This document shows positions 24,709 to 36,769 of a stretch of DNA of 44,521 nt, piece by piece. The stretch is taken from NCBI GenBank assembly GCA_030390025.1, contig JASTWF010000326.1:496001-540521 (forward strand), given 5' to 3'. The notes beneath the pieces were generated by a model, which was not told the DNA's origin, searched no databases, and worked only from the letters and a program-made list of their open reading frames with translations. The DNA comes from Squalus acanthias. Taxonomy: Eukaryota. Every line of letters starts with the position of its first letter. Position 1 is the first letter of the stretch. A program made the position numbers and the translations under genes.

Positions 24709-25188
24709 CGCCCACCGGTCGCGGAAGGCCTCGAGCGTGCCAGTGGACACCATGTGCTCCATCTCCAGGGCCACCCAGGCGCAGTCGGGCTGAATGACCC
24801 CCTCGACCGCCCGCTGCCTGGACCAGTTGATGGCCACTTTGGCCAGGCCCAGGAGCAGTCCCATGAGGTGGTCCCCCGATCTCCCCGCTCCCCTCCGCAC
24901 CGGGTGACCAAAGATCAGGAGCGTGGGACTGAAGTGCAGCCAGAAATCGAGGAGCAGCCCCTTCAAATAATGGAAGAGGGGCTGTAACCTCTCACACTCT
25001 ACATAAACGTGGAACATGGACTCCTTCAGGCCACAGAAAAAGCAGGCGGCCTGGGAGTCCGTGAACCTACTTAAAACTTTATTGCACAGGACTGCTCCGT
25101 GCAACACCCTCCAGGCCAAGTCCCCAATAGATAAAGGGAGGACTCCCACCCAGAGAGCCCTCCATTGGGGTCCCCCGCCTCCTCACCC
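24709..25188 (-). mobile_element. Tx1/L1-clade ORF2 internal fragment, related to the tandem copies
   Basis: GVLPLSIGDLAWRVLHG...CFFCGLKESMFHVYVEC...TLEAFRDRWA; lacks the 3' UTR. Confidence 0.85.
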
Positions 25189-25412
25189 TTTGAGTGTAAC
25201 GCCAATGAGCTTGGGCTTTAAGACTTGAATTAGGACTCCAATCATTTTTTTGAGCAGCGGGAACGAATTTTGCGTGCATTCTAAAGCATTAGCACCTGGC
25301 GCTAATTCTCCAACTTTTCTAATGACACCACCTATAATGAATTCGTAGCCCCTAGTGTGCTTCAAGTACCTTCTCTTTTGGTGGTTTTTCATTGGGGTCC
25401 TAAAACATGCAG

Positions 25413-25610
25413 ATTCCAACAGTTGTTGCCTGTACCAGGGGAAACTTCTCACACACTTACGTTCAATGATCCCACACTGAAGCAAGTTAGACCAGAATTT
25501 CCATGGAGCTGCTGCCGCTCCACCACCAGAAACCCTATTTACAAACGTAATCGCACTTTCGGTGAAGATATGGCGGTGGAGCGGGAGCAGTGCCGAGGAA
25601 ATTCCGGAAG
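25413..25610 (+). CDS. Candidate host-gene exon, unidentified
   Basis: Non-repeat-looking island; AG at 25411-25412, donor gaag|gtttgt; 198 nt, phase 2-2; only one + frame open (FQQLLPVPGETSHTLTFNDPTLKQVRPEFPWSCCRS...). Confidence 0.3.
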
Positions 25611-25636
25611 GTTTGTTTTTAGTTGTCAAACATTAC

Positions 25637-26529
25637 GGGGTAGAAATTAGGTCGCGCCCCATTTGGGGCGCAAATATCGTCCGGACGCAAATATTAGCGC
25701 CTGGCGCTAATTATCGGCACTGACAGGAAACTTCACTTTTACCGCCCCGGGAGGTGAGTGGAGCGCTAAAGCAGGCGCTGCACACCTCTCTTAAGGCGCA
25801 AAGGCCGAGCAGTGAGGCGCTAACTCGGAGCGCTGGCGAAGCTCATGTAATGTCAGTCAGCAATGGAACACACACACAATGGCACGGGCCAGTTCTTAAA
25901 GGGGATGGTTAATCTTGCTTTCCATCCACATCCTGTTCATTGCTGCCTTGAATCTCGGCCTGGAGAGACTTGCACATCAAATGTGCTGGAAAGAACAATG
26001 GAAAGTACCAGGCAAAGAGCTCAGAGTGCAGCTCCCACAGTCTCTGCTAAATCGATACAAGGAATGGCAAATCAAAATGAACCTGCAAAGTGCTGCTCAG
26101 TACCCAAAACTCCTTCACACAACGTTGAATCTCTCCAGAAGTCTCTCCCTCTCTCTCTCAGAATGCGTAGTTCAAAAATGCCACCAACAATAAAAGACAG
26201 GAAGAGGCCCCCTTTAAATAGCGCCCCCCCCAGCCCCACAGCGATTGATAGCGTTCCAGTCTTCTGGTCGTTGGAAGCGCCAGGCGGTAAGGCAGGGGGC
26301 GCCACTCAATTTCCGCTACGGGGCGCCACAAGGGCGTTGCACCATGGAATGACGTCACAATCTGCGCGCGCAGGTGGTCGCAGCGGTAAGTTTTAGCGCC
26401 GCCGCACAATCTCAAGTTAAGTTCTTGAGCGGCGCAAACATCGCTGCGCCCGGGCGTTAGCGGCTTTGCGCCCCATTAGCGCCCTCTTAAGGCGCTAACG
26501 GGAGGCGCAACCAAGTGAATTTTTACCCC
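25637..26529 (-). mobile_element. 893-bp Harbinger-type MITE, copy 2 (inverted)
   Basis: Ends ggggtagaaatt and aatttttacccc; TAC TSD (25634-25636, 26530-26532). Confidence 0.93.
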
Positions 26530-27164
26530 TACATATATAAAAATATGGTTAGAAACCGGTTGAGTTTTCTGGGATCCTATTGAGGGAATTTCACTCAGCA
26601 AATGATGTCTATGAAACCTGAAGATTGTAAAATGAATCCATATGAATAAGAAATTTTTCACATAGATGGTGGCACACATACTTATTGGGACTTACACAGA
26701 AATTGAGACAGTGACATAGACTTACAAACACTGATGATACTCAGTACTTATTACCTCCGAAAGAAGCATAGATTGGCAAATTCCATATAAAAGTACTTGT
26801 ATGTTCACATTTACTGACAGATTGGAAGAAATGCATATTCACATTGCCTGAATGAACACAAAATATTAGATGTCAGCTTCCAATTACAAACCTTTTCTTG
26901 AAATCACATTGATTGCACTTGTTATGAAAATCACATTGACTGGCAATGGTCAAGGGAAGTTTCGACCACAACACTCAAAATCTGTTTGGGTGACATTTTA
27001 ATGTTTTAAATATATCGGGGGTAAAATTCAACTTCAGAAGGTGGGGGGAGGGGGGGGGGGGATGGGTTTAGTCATGATGCTCCAGCCATCGTGAGGTGTG
27101 GGGTAGGGTTAATGGACCAGCTGGTCTTTTCATGCCCGTCAATTTTGTACATTCGTAATTGATC

Positions 27165-27410
27165 TTTGCATCCTCAGGCTAAGGAATGGAAAAATCAGCC
27201 AGGGTTAGCACTCGCGATCACCATCCAAAAACTCCTATTTAAAAGTGTGCATGTACGGATATTGGGCAAGAATCGGATCAAGCTCAGCGCTGATGCCCAC
27301 CACAGTCAAATAGATTGTCAGCATACACTGACCAGCTTCACATATGAAAGATGGTCACTTTGTCAAGGCAGGGGAAGGTGGATGACACCTGTGGAGCCAT
27401 ATTCAGCATG
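27165..27410 (+). mobile_element. DeuSINE-like (SacSINE/AmnSINE-type) degenerate domain
   Basis: ggatcaagctcagcgctgatgcccaccacagtcaaatag...cacatatgaaagatggtcact...cacctgtggagcc resembles the Deu domain as I recall it; not aligned. Confidence 0.45.
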
Positions 27411-27417
27411 AGCCATC

Positions 27418-28022
27418 AGGGGAAATATTGAGGTATCCCACCCAGCAGAAATGGGGTGGTAGCACACAGAAAATGGTGGGCAATAACTTACCGCCTGGTT
27501 CCTGCCGTCACTGTGGCTGCCTCAACCTTCCCATGGACCTACCACTGGGTGGCTGCAGCACACAATGGTATGAGTCAGGCGGTAGGCCGTTTTAATATGT
27601 TAATCCGGACCTATGACATTCATACAACCTCGTCTGCCATTTGCTGCATGCTCTGACCAGTACCAGCCTGCGGTCCAGCCCCACAGGTCAGTTTTACTGT
27701 ATATTTGCGGGGTCAGGAGGAGCAGATTTGCTCTTTCAGGCTCCACAAAATCAGCCTGGGCTGCTGCCGCTCCGAGTCTCCACCCTTTCCCACCCCACCT
27801 CTCCTGAGATCGGACCACCCACCAACCTACTTGTTTCAAGCCCGGACACCTACATGGGCGGCAACATATTCCGGTGGCCTGGAGCTGGTGGGCTGTCCCG
27901 GGGGTCGCTGGTTACTTGCACGCAGCTTGTTGGCCAAATGCTAATGAGGTCCAGCCGTCAAGATGCACTGGGCCTCCCACCGGGTGGGCGCACAAATTGC
28001 ACACCGAGGGAAAATCTATCCC
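27418..28022. mobile_element. Old non-autonomous Harbinger-like element
   Basis: GC-rich island with degenerate TIR-like ends (aggggaaatatt and aaaatctatccc) and ATC on both flanks. Confidence 0.4.
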
Positions 28023-29509
28023 ATCATTTTCAGGAGAGAAGGGAAGGGAAAAAAATAGCATCGCTAGCAAGGGAAAAATGTATGACCAAGAGTTTTCTGT
28101 CAGTACAACTGGTGATAAACTTAATCTAGGTCACAGTCACATTTGTTACTGCAAATCACATTGAATTACGTGTGTGCAAATACAGTTAGCATATTAGTGC
28201 TACAATATTGAGAATCACATTAAAGAATTCTTTGGTGTTGAAAGAAAGTAATTTATGTAATGTATTTTATGAGCATAAATTTGAATGATTTTAAGATACA
28301 GAAAGTGCTACATGACAGCTCATACATTATTATTTACCTATTAGGAGACACATGGGACCATAAATGTAGACGTCCAGATAAACAGCTGCATATGGTATAA
28401 AACAATCGTGGGACCTTTTCATTCTTTCAAGCTCACTGACATATGAAACAGTAAGACATTTTTGACATATCCATTTTAAGTAACACATGCTGCCTTTCTG
28501 CTTATGTATTGTTCTATTTTTTTGCACTATAACATATTTAAATTTTGTTTTAGCTTTTACCTTTGAAGCGTAGAAATTGAATTACTGCCAAGCGTTTGTG
28601 CATTTTCACAGCACTAATTTGTGAAATATGTTGCAGAGTTGTACTTCCATGTATTATTAACAATAAAGTGGTTCTACTTCACATATGCAGCTTGGAGAAA
28701 ATAAATATATAGAGTACTTAAGTTGTTTTATTTCGTAGCTGCATACCAGAATAAATGTCTGAGAGGTGAATTTATAGACATAATTACATTTCTTTGTTAA
28801 ATTGAGGTATGAATCACGCAAATATTGTCTGAAGTTTTTTTTTGTCAACTTCAGAAGAGATCTGCAGTCTGACAGCCAGAAGCCATACTGTGCCAGTGTC
28901 TGAAGTTTACTTTTGCACTTGCTTTCTATGGTACATTTGTGCTCCGAGACACCAGCTGGTGATCTGCCGCAAATCAATGACCGTTGTCTAGATGTTTCTC
29001 CAGTTACAGCAGCAGTGGCTAACAGAATTGGTCGATGTTTCTTTGAAAGTCCTTAAATGTATCGCACAGCAAAAAAAAAGAGGGAGGTGGGTACAAGGTA
29101 AGGAGGACAGAGTTAAACAGGGTACCAGACAAATACATGAGCCCTTTTTTACTAAAAGTTGAATACAACAGAACAGGTTAACCAAGTACACTTTCTTTTA
29201 CAAAAGCTGAATTTCTCAGCTGTCCGACGGACAATAAAGAAGTGTAGAAAGTCCCATAATAGAGGATGAGATCAAAAGCACAATAGCTAAAATAGCCAAG
29301 TTTCATTGTGCTCTGATAGTCAAACTAATAGTCAAGTACAGGAGGTCTATGAAAAAGTGCTGGGAAAGAGAGAGAGCTGTCAGCCATCCTGGGGCGGGTT
29401 TCCAGGTAAGTGGATAGGCAGGTAGAGAGATTCGCAGTCAGGGGGAATCCTGGTTGGGGTCCAAAGTTTCCTTGTGGGAAAGAAATGAATCTAACACCTA
29501 AAAGTGGGC

Positions 29510-30140
29510 AGAAGGACTTTCTTGGGAATTACAGGCCAGTAAGCCTGATGTCTCTGGATAAAATATTGGAGGCTATTCTGAAGAAAGATATCATGACACA
29601 GCTAGAGAACTTTGAAGTCATCGGGGAAAGTCAGCATGGCTTTAGCGGGTTGCGGGGCAGGGGGGGTGGGGGGGTGGGGCGGTGGGGAGATCACGCTTGG
29701 CAAACCTGTGAAAAATCTTTCCAGAGGTATGGAAGCTTGGCAACTGATTACATTAAAGGAGGCAGAATGGAGCTATGCCAGAGTGACTGGCGGGGTGCTC
29801 CAAGGTTCTGTACTGGGACCTTTGATGTTCATGTTACATACCAATGATTTGGAAGTGGGGATAGAAACAACACTGTCTAACTTTGCCGATGACATTAAGG
29901 TGGAGAGGGGATTGCAAATAGGCAAGAGCAGGCTGATCAGGTGCAGGGGGATCTAGACAGATTGGAAAATTAATTCAGTGTTGACAAGTGCAAAGTGCTG
30001 AGATTGGGAAGAAGAATGAACATTGGAACTAAGCACGAAATAGTGTTAGTCTACAGGGTACAGCACAGGCAAAGGATGTGGAGATATTGATAACAGATTG
30101 TTGAAGCTATCTGCACAGTGTGCAGCAGTGGTAAATAGCG
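29510..30140 (+). mobile_element. Ancient CR1 RT relic
   Basis: GNYRPVSL, ESQHGF, GVLQGSVLGP, NFADDIK and FSVDKCKV with deletions. Confidence 0.8.
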
Positions 30141-30609
30141 CAAACATGAGCAGGAGTGCTCCTCCAGGCCCCACAAGGAAAGTTTATGCTTCCCTTAACC
30201 CAGGCTCCCCCTTGCCCCTACCCCTTCCCTCCCTCAAGAAATGTCCCAAAACTCTTCGCAACTTACCTTGTTGCTGGCAACAGTTCCTATGGTGCTAGCT
30301 GATGGACTCCTGCTGCCCAAAATTCCACTCCAACCCACACCCAGCTGCCATTTCCTGCCCAGTTTGGGCATGTAGCTGACCAGTGGCATGCAGATAAGGC
30401 CCGAGATTTCAAATTGCCTAGACCTCACACTGCTGAGGTCAAGGGGGTTTGGTGCTTGTCTCAAACTCACCCGATTCCTGCTCTTGGTTAAGATTGGAGC
30501 TATAGTGTAGGACTGAATTCACATGTAGGCCAGATCTACATATGTAGGGGACGGCAGGTTCCCTTTCCTGAAAGAGAGTGCCCTCTCAGCTATTTCCTGT
30601 TGGAAACTT

Positions 30610-30740
30610 AAAAACTTTGAAGAAGGGTCCACACTCAATGCGAACTGGTCTGTTCCCTCCACAGATGCTGACTGACCTGCTATGTGTTTCCAGCATCTTC
30701 TGTTTTTGTTTCAGATTTCCATTTTCTTGATTTTTGTTTT
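30610..30740 (+). repeat. Penelope-like 3' tail relic with an eroded hammerhead region
   Basis: tgaagaagggtc...tccacagatgctgactgacctgctatgtgtttccagcatcttctgtttttgtttcagatttcca is similar to 36737-36845. Confidence 0.6.
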
Positions 30741-30817
30741 TAATCATTGTAGCATGCTGTGATCAAAACATTGCTATGAGTGGTGTGACTGTTAAATTTT
30801 GAAGGGAAATACAAAGA

Positions 30818-31763
30818 TTCCCTTCCTCAACTTCTATGTCTCCATCTCTGGGGATAGGCTATTGAAACATTCACTGCAAGCCCACTGACTCCCACAGCCA
30901 CCTGGACTACACTTCCTCCCACCCCGCTTCCTGTAAGGACTCTATTCCATTCTCCCAGTTTCTCCATCTCCGCCGCATCTGCTCTGACGATGCCACCTTC
31001 CATACCAGTGCTTCCGACATGTCTTCCTTTTTCCTCAACCGAGGTTTCCATCTACTGTGGTTGACACGGCCCTTGACCGTGTCCATTCTATTGCCTGCAC
31101 TTCTGCTCTCACCCCTTCCCCTCCCTCCCGGAACCACGATAGGGTTCCCCTTGTCCTCACCTTTCACCCCACCAGCCTCCACATTCAACGGATCATCCTC
31201 CGCCATTTCCGCCACCTCCAGCGTGATCCCACCACCAAACACATCTTCCCCTCACCTCCCCTTTCAGCATTCTGAAGGGACCGCTCCCTCCGCGACACCC
31301 TGGTCCACTCCTCTATCACCCCCAACACCCCTTCCCCTTCGCCCGGCACCTTCCCGTGCAAGCGCAGGAGATGCAACACATGCCCTTTTACCTCCACCCT
31401 TCCCACTGTCCAGGGCCCCAAACACTCCTTCCAGGTGAAACAGCGATTTACTTGTACTTCTTGCAATTTAGTATACTGTATTTGCTGCTCACGATGCGGT
31501 CTCCTCTACATTGGGGATACCAAACACAGATTGGGTGACCGCTTTGCGGAACACCTCCGTTCAGTCCGTATGGGTAACCCCGAGCTTCCGGTCGCCTGTC
31601 ACTTTAATTCTCCACTCCACTCCCACTCGACCTCACCGTCCTCGGCCTCTTACACTGTTCCAATGAAGCTCAACGTAAGCTCGAGGAACAGCACCTCGTT
31701 ATTCGATTAGGCACGTTACAGCCTTCTGGACTCAACATAGAGTGCAACAATTTCAGACCATAA
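30818..31763 (+). pseudogene. Penelope-like RT C-terminus plus GIY-YIG endonuclease
   Basis: KPTDSHSHLDYTSSHP, SIPFSQFLHLRRICS, PLVLTFHP, CKRRRCNTC, NLVYCICCSRCGLLYIGDT..LGDRFAEH, VACHFN, LQPSGLN. Confidence 0.9.
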
Positions 31764-34700
31764 CCTCTGCCCCTATCCTTTTTTTCCCATTTATTTTATT
31801 TATTATATATTTTTTTCTCTCTCTCTCACATGGCAGCTGTCTCTCTTTCTGCCAGTGCCATTTACACTTCATCTGGAGCAATTTTTTGTTTCTTTACTTG
31901 TCCCATTACCATCTCCTTTTGCCTTGCACCATCTCTTAATGTCTCTTAATCTCTCCTGCCTTCCATCCTATCACAGACCTTCCCTTTTGTTCTTTCCTCC
32001 CCTCCCCCCTTTCCCTGCCCATGCACTTGCTTAAACATAGAAGATAGGAGCAGGAGAAGGCCATTTGGCCCCTCGAGCCTGTTCCGCCATTTAATGAGAT
32101 CATGGCTGATCATCCAAATTCAGTACCCTGTCCCTGCTTTCTCCCCATATCCCTTGATCCCTTCAGCCTTAAGAAATATATCTAACTCCTTTTTGAATAT
32201 ATTTAATGAATTGGCCTCAACTGCCTTCTGTGGTAGAGAATTCCACAGATTCACCACTCTCTGGGTGAAGAAATTCCTCCACATCTCAGTCCGAAATGGC
32301 TTACCCCTTATCCTTAGACTGTGACTCCTGGTTCTGGACTCCCCTGCCATCGGGAACATGCTTCCTGCATCTAGTCTGTCTAGTCCTGTTAGAATTTTAT
32401 AAGTTTCAATGAGATCCCCTCTCATTCTTTTAAATTCTAGCGAATATAAGCCTAATTGACCCAATCTCTCTTCATACGTCATTCCTGCCATCCCAGGTAT
32501 CAGTCTGGTGAATCGTTGCTGCACTCCCTCCATGGCAAGAACATCCTTCCTCAGATAAGGTGACCAAAACTGCACACAGTACTCAAGGTGTGGTCTCACC
32601 AAGGCCCTGTACAACTGCAGCAAGACATCCTTGCTCCTGTAATCGATTCCTCTCACTATGAAGGCCAACATACTATTTGCCTTCTTAACCGCCTGCTGCA
32701 CCTGCAAGCTGACCTTCAGCGACAGGTGCACAAGGACACCCAGGTCTCGTTGCACTTTCCCTTTTCCCAATCTATTGCCGTTCAGATAATAATCTGTCTT
32801 CCTGTTTTTGCCACTCAAGTGGATAACCTCGCATTTATCCACATTGTACTGCATCTGCTATGCATCTGCCCAATCACCTAACCTGTCCAAATCATACTGG
32901 AGTTTCTCTACATCCTCCTCACAGCATACATGCCCACCCAGCTTTGTGTCATCTGCAAACTTGGAGATATTACATCTAGTTCCCTCGTCTAGATCATTAA
33001 TATATATTGTGAATAGCTGGAGTCCTAGCACCAATCCGTGCGGTACCCCACTAGTCACTGCCTGCCACTCGGAAAAAAGACCCGTTTATTCCAACTCTTT
33101 GCTTCCTGTCTGTCAACCAGTTCTCTGTCCAAGTCAGTACCTTAACCCCAATCCCATGTGCTTTAACTTTGCACGCTAATCTCTTATGTGGGACCTTATC
33201 GAAAGCCTTCTGAAAGTCCAAATACACCACATCCACTGGTCCTCCCTTATCTATTCTACCAGTTACATCCTCAAAAAATTCCAGTAGATTAGTCAGCATG
33301 ATTTACCTTTTGTAAATCCATGTTGACTTTGTCCGATCCTGTCACTGTTTTCCAAGTGCTCTGCTATTACACCTTTTATAATGGACTCTAGCATTTTCCC
33401 CACTACCGATGTCAGACTTACCGGTCTATAATTCCCCGTTTTCTCTCTACCACCTTTTTTAAATAGTGGGGTTACAGTAGCTACCCTCCAATCCATGCGA
33501 ACTGTTCCAGAATCTATAGAATTTTGGAAGATGACCAGTAATGCATCTACTATTTCTAGGGCCACTTCCTTAAGTACCCTAGGATGTAGATTATCAGGCC
33601 CTGGGGATTTATCGGCCTTCAATCCCGTCAATTTCCCTAACACCATTTCCCTACAAATACTGATTTCAATCAATTCCTCCCGCTCATTAGACCCTATATT
33701 CTCCGACATCTCTGGGAGGTTATTTGTGTCCTCCTTTGTGAAGACAGAACCAAAGTATGTATTTAATTGGTTTGCCATTTCTTTGTTCTCCATTATAAAT
33801 TCCCCTGATTCTGACTGCAAGGGACCTACACTTGACTTCACCAATCTTTTTCTCTTCACATATCTATAGAAGCTTTTACACTAAGTTTTTATGTTCTCTG
33901 CAAGCTTACTCTCATACTCTATTTTCCCCCTCTTAATTAATCCCTTTGTCCTCCTTTGCTGAATCCTAAACTTCTCCCAATCCTCAGGTTTGCTGCTTTT
34001 TCTGGCCAATTTATATGTCCTCTCCTTGGATCTTATGCTATCCCTAATTTCCCTTGTTAGCCACGGTTGAGTCACCTTTTTTGTTTTATTTTTATGCCAA
34101 ACAGGGATGAACAAATTCTGTAGTTCATCCATGCGATCTTTAAATGTTTGCCATTGCCTATCCACCGTCAACCCTTTAAGTAACGCTCCCCAATCCATCC
34201 TAGCCAACTCACGCCTCATACCATCGTAGTTTCCTTTATTTAAATTCAGGACCCTAGTCTCTGAGTCAACTATTTCACTCTCCATCTTATTGAAGAATTC
34301 TATCATATTATGATCGCTCCTCCCCAAGGAGCCTCGCACAACAAGATTGCTAATTAATCCTTTCTCATTACATAATACCCAGTCTAAGATGGCCTGATCT
34401 CTAGTTGGTTCCTCGACATATTGGTCCAGGAAACCATCCCGTATACACTCTAGGAATTCCTCCTTCACAGTATTGTTACTAATTTGGTTAGCCCAATCTA
34501 TATGTAGATTAAAGTCACCCATGATAACTGCTGTGCCCTTATTGCAGGTGTCTCTAATTTCCTGTTTAATGCCATCCCCAACCTCAGCATTACTGTTTGG
34601 GGGTCTGTATACAACTCCCACTAACGTTTTCTGCCCCTTGGTATTTCTCAGCTCCACCCATACAGATTCCACATCATCAGAGCTAATATCTTTCCTTACT

Positions 34701-34919
34701 ATTGTGTTAATCTCCTCTTTAACCAGCAATGCTACCCCACCTCCTTTTCCTTTTTGTCTGTCCTTCCTGAATATTGTATACCCCTGGATGTTGAATTCCC
34801 AGTCTTGGTCACCCTGGAGCCATGTCTCCGAAATCCCAATTATATCATAACCGTTTACATCTATTTGCGCAGCTAATTCATCCATCTTATTACGAATGTG
34901 CCTCGCATTAAGACACAAA

Positions 34920-35812
34920 GGGGTAAAAATTCACTTGGTTGCGCCTCCCGTTAGCGCCTTAAGAGGGCGCTAATGGGGCGCAAAGCCGCTAACGCCCGTG
35001 CGCAGCGATGTTTGCGCCGCTCGAGAACTTAACTTGAGATTGTGCGGCGGCGCTAAAACTTACCGCTGCGACCACCTGCGCGCGCAGATTGTGACGTCAT
35101 TCCATGGTGCAACGCCCTTGGGGCGCCCCGTAGCGGAAATTGAGTGGCGCCCCCTGCCTTACCGCCTGGCGCTTCCAACGACCAGAAGACTGGAATGCTA
35201 TCAATCGCTGTGTGGCTGGGGTGGGCGCTATTTAAAGGGGGCCTCTTCCGGTCTTTTATTGTTGGTGGCATTTTTGAACTACGCATTCTGAGAGAGAGAG
35301 GGAGAGACTTCTGGAGAGATTCAACATTGTGTGAAGGAGTTTTGGGTACTGAGCAGCACTTTGCAGGTTCATTTTGATTTGCCATTCCTTGTATCGATTT
35401 AGCAGAGAATGTGGGAGCTGCACTCTGAGCTCCTTGCCTGGTACTCTCCATTGTTCTTTCCAGCACATTTGATGTGCAAGTCTCTCCAGGCCGAGATTCA
35501 AGGCAGCAATGAACAGGATGTGGATGGAAAGCAAGATTAACCATCCCCTTTAAGAACTGGCCTGTGCCATTGTGTGTGTGTGCCATTGCTGACTGACATT
35601 ACATGAGCTTCGCCAGCGCTCCGAGTTAGCGCCTCACTCCTTGGCCTTTGCGCCTTAAGAGAGGTGTGCAGCGCCTGCTTTAGCGCTCCACTCACCTCCC
35701 GGGGCGGTAAAAGTGAAGTTTCCAGTCAGTGCCGATAATTAGCGCCAGGCGCTAATATTTGCGTCCGGACGATATTTGCGCCCCAAATGGGGCGCGACCT
35801 AATTTCTACCCC
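34920..35812 (+). mobile_element. 893-bp Harbinger-type MITE, copy 3, inserted in CR1 ORF2
   Basis: Ends ggggtaaaaatt and aatttctacccc; AAA TSD; removing it restores LKALCLNAR. Confidence 0.95.
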
Positions 35813-35999
35813 AAAGCCTTCAGGCTTGTTTTTTTAACACTCTTAGTCCTTTTAGAATTATTATTTACTGTAGCCCTGTTTGATTTACATCCTTGATTTC
35901 TCTGCCTTCCAAGTTTGCTTTTCTCCTTCCTGTCTTTTGTTTCTATCCTTGCTTCCCTTTCCTCTGTCTCCCTGCACAGGTTCCCAACCCCCTGCCATT

Positions 36000-36708
36000 T
36001 TAGTTTAAACCCTCCCCAACAGCACTAGCAAACAGTCCCCCTAGGACATCGGTCTCAGTCCCGCCCAGGTGCAAACTATCGAGTTTGTACTGGTCCCACT
36101 TCCCCCAGAACCGGTTCCAATGTCCCAGGAATTTGAATCCCTCCCCCTTGCACCATTCCTCTAGCCACGTATTCACCTGAAATATCCTTCTATTTCTTCT
36201 CTGACTAGCACGTGGCACTGGTAGCAATACTGAGATTACTATCTTTGAGGTCCTATTTTTTAATTTACCTCCTAACTCCCTATATTCAGCTTTTAGCACC
36301 TCATCCCATTTTTTACCTATATCGTTGGTACCTATATGCACCACAACAACTGGCTGTTCACCCTCCCCCTCCAGAATGCGCTGCAGCCGCCCCGAGACAT
36401 CCTTGACCCTTGCACCAGGGAGGCAACATACCATCCTGGAGTCTCGTTTGCGGCCGCATAAATGCCTATCTATTCCCTTTACAATAGAATCCCCCATCAC
36501 TATAGCTCTCCCGCTCTTTTTCCTCCTGTCCTGTGCAGCAGAACCACCCACGGTGCCAGGAAGTTGGCTGCTGCTGCCTTCCCCCGATACGCCATCCCCC
36601 TCAACAATATCCAAAGTGGTATATCTGTTTGAGAGGGGGATGGCAACAGGGGACCCCTGCACTACCTGCCTGCGCCTACTACTCTGCCTGGAGGTCACCC
36701 ATTCCCTT
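36000..36708 (-). pseudogene. CR1 ORF1 SGNH/GDSL esterase domain (open frame, 5'-truncated)
   Basis: LSNRY, VMGDSIV, CLPGARV, VHIGTND, VNTWL..W, LHL motifs. Confidence 0.88.
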
Positions 36709-36732
36709 CCTGTTCGATCTCCATCTTTTTCC

Positions 36733-36769
36733 AGTTCTGACGAAGGGTCATCGACCTGAAACGCTAACT
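36733..36769 (+). ncRNA. Minimal type I hammerhead ribozyme motif, probably inactive
   Basis: agtt-CTGACGA-a-gggtc(atc)gacct-GAAA-cgct-aact; stems I and II pair, but the position expected to be U16.1 is C. Confidence 0.65.

Larger units (their letters stand above)
22569..25352. mobile_element. PIF/Harbinger transposon C, heavily internally deleted
   Basis: Transposase and Myb exon 3 fragments; TIR-like right end gaattcgtagcccc; TAG on both putative flanks (22566-22568, 25353-25355); the left TIR is degenerate, so ends are tentative. Confidence 0.6.
32036..36708 (-). mobile_element. Near full-length CR1 LINE (partial ORF1, ORF2, 3' tail), interrupted by a MITE
   Basis: ORF1 esterase; APE (33881-34918) and RT (32120-33859) with few frameshifts; 3' tail at 32036. 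Confidence 0.94.

Noticed and set aside
25183..25629. 148-aa minus-strand ORF
   Set aside because: It crosses a putative transposon end into unrelated DNA, has a non-ATG start and no motif
27017..27160. TIR-like start, poly-G run and LINE-tail-like scrap
   Set aside because: Too fragmentary to assign; the poly-G length may be a sequencing artefact
30145..30580. GC-richer stretch resembling old MITE or LINE-tail fragments
   Set aside because: No termini or family could be supported
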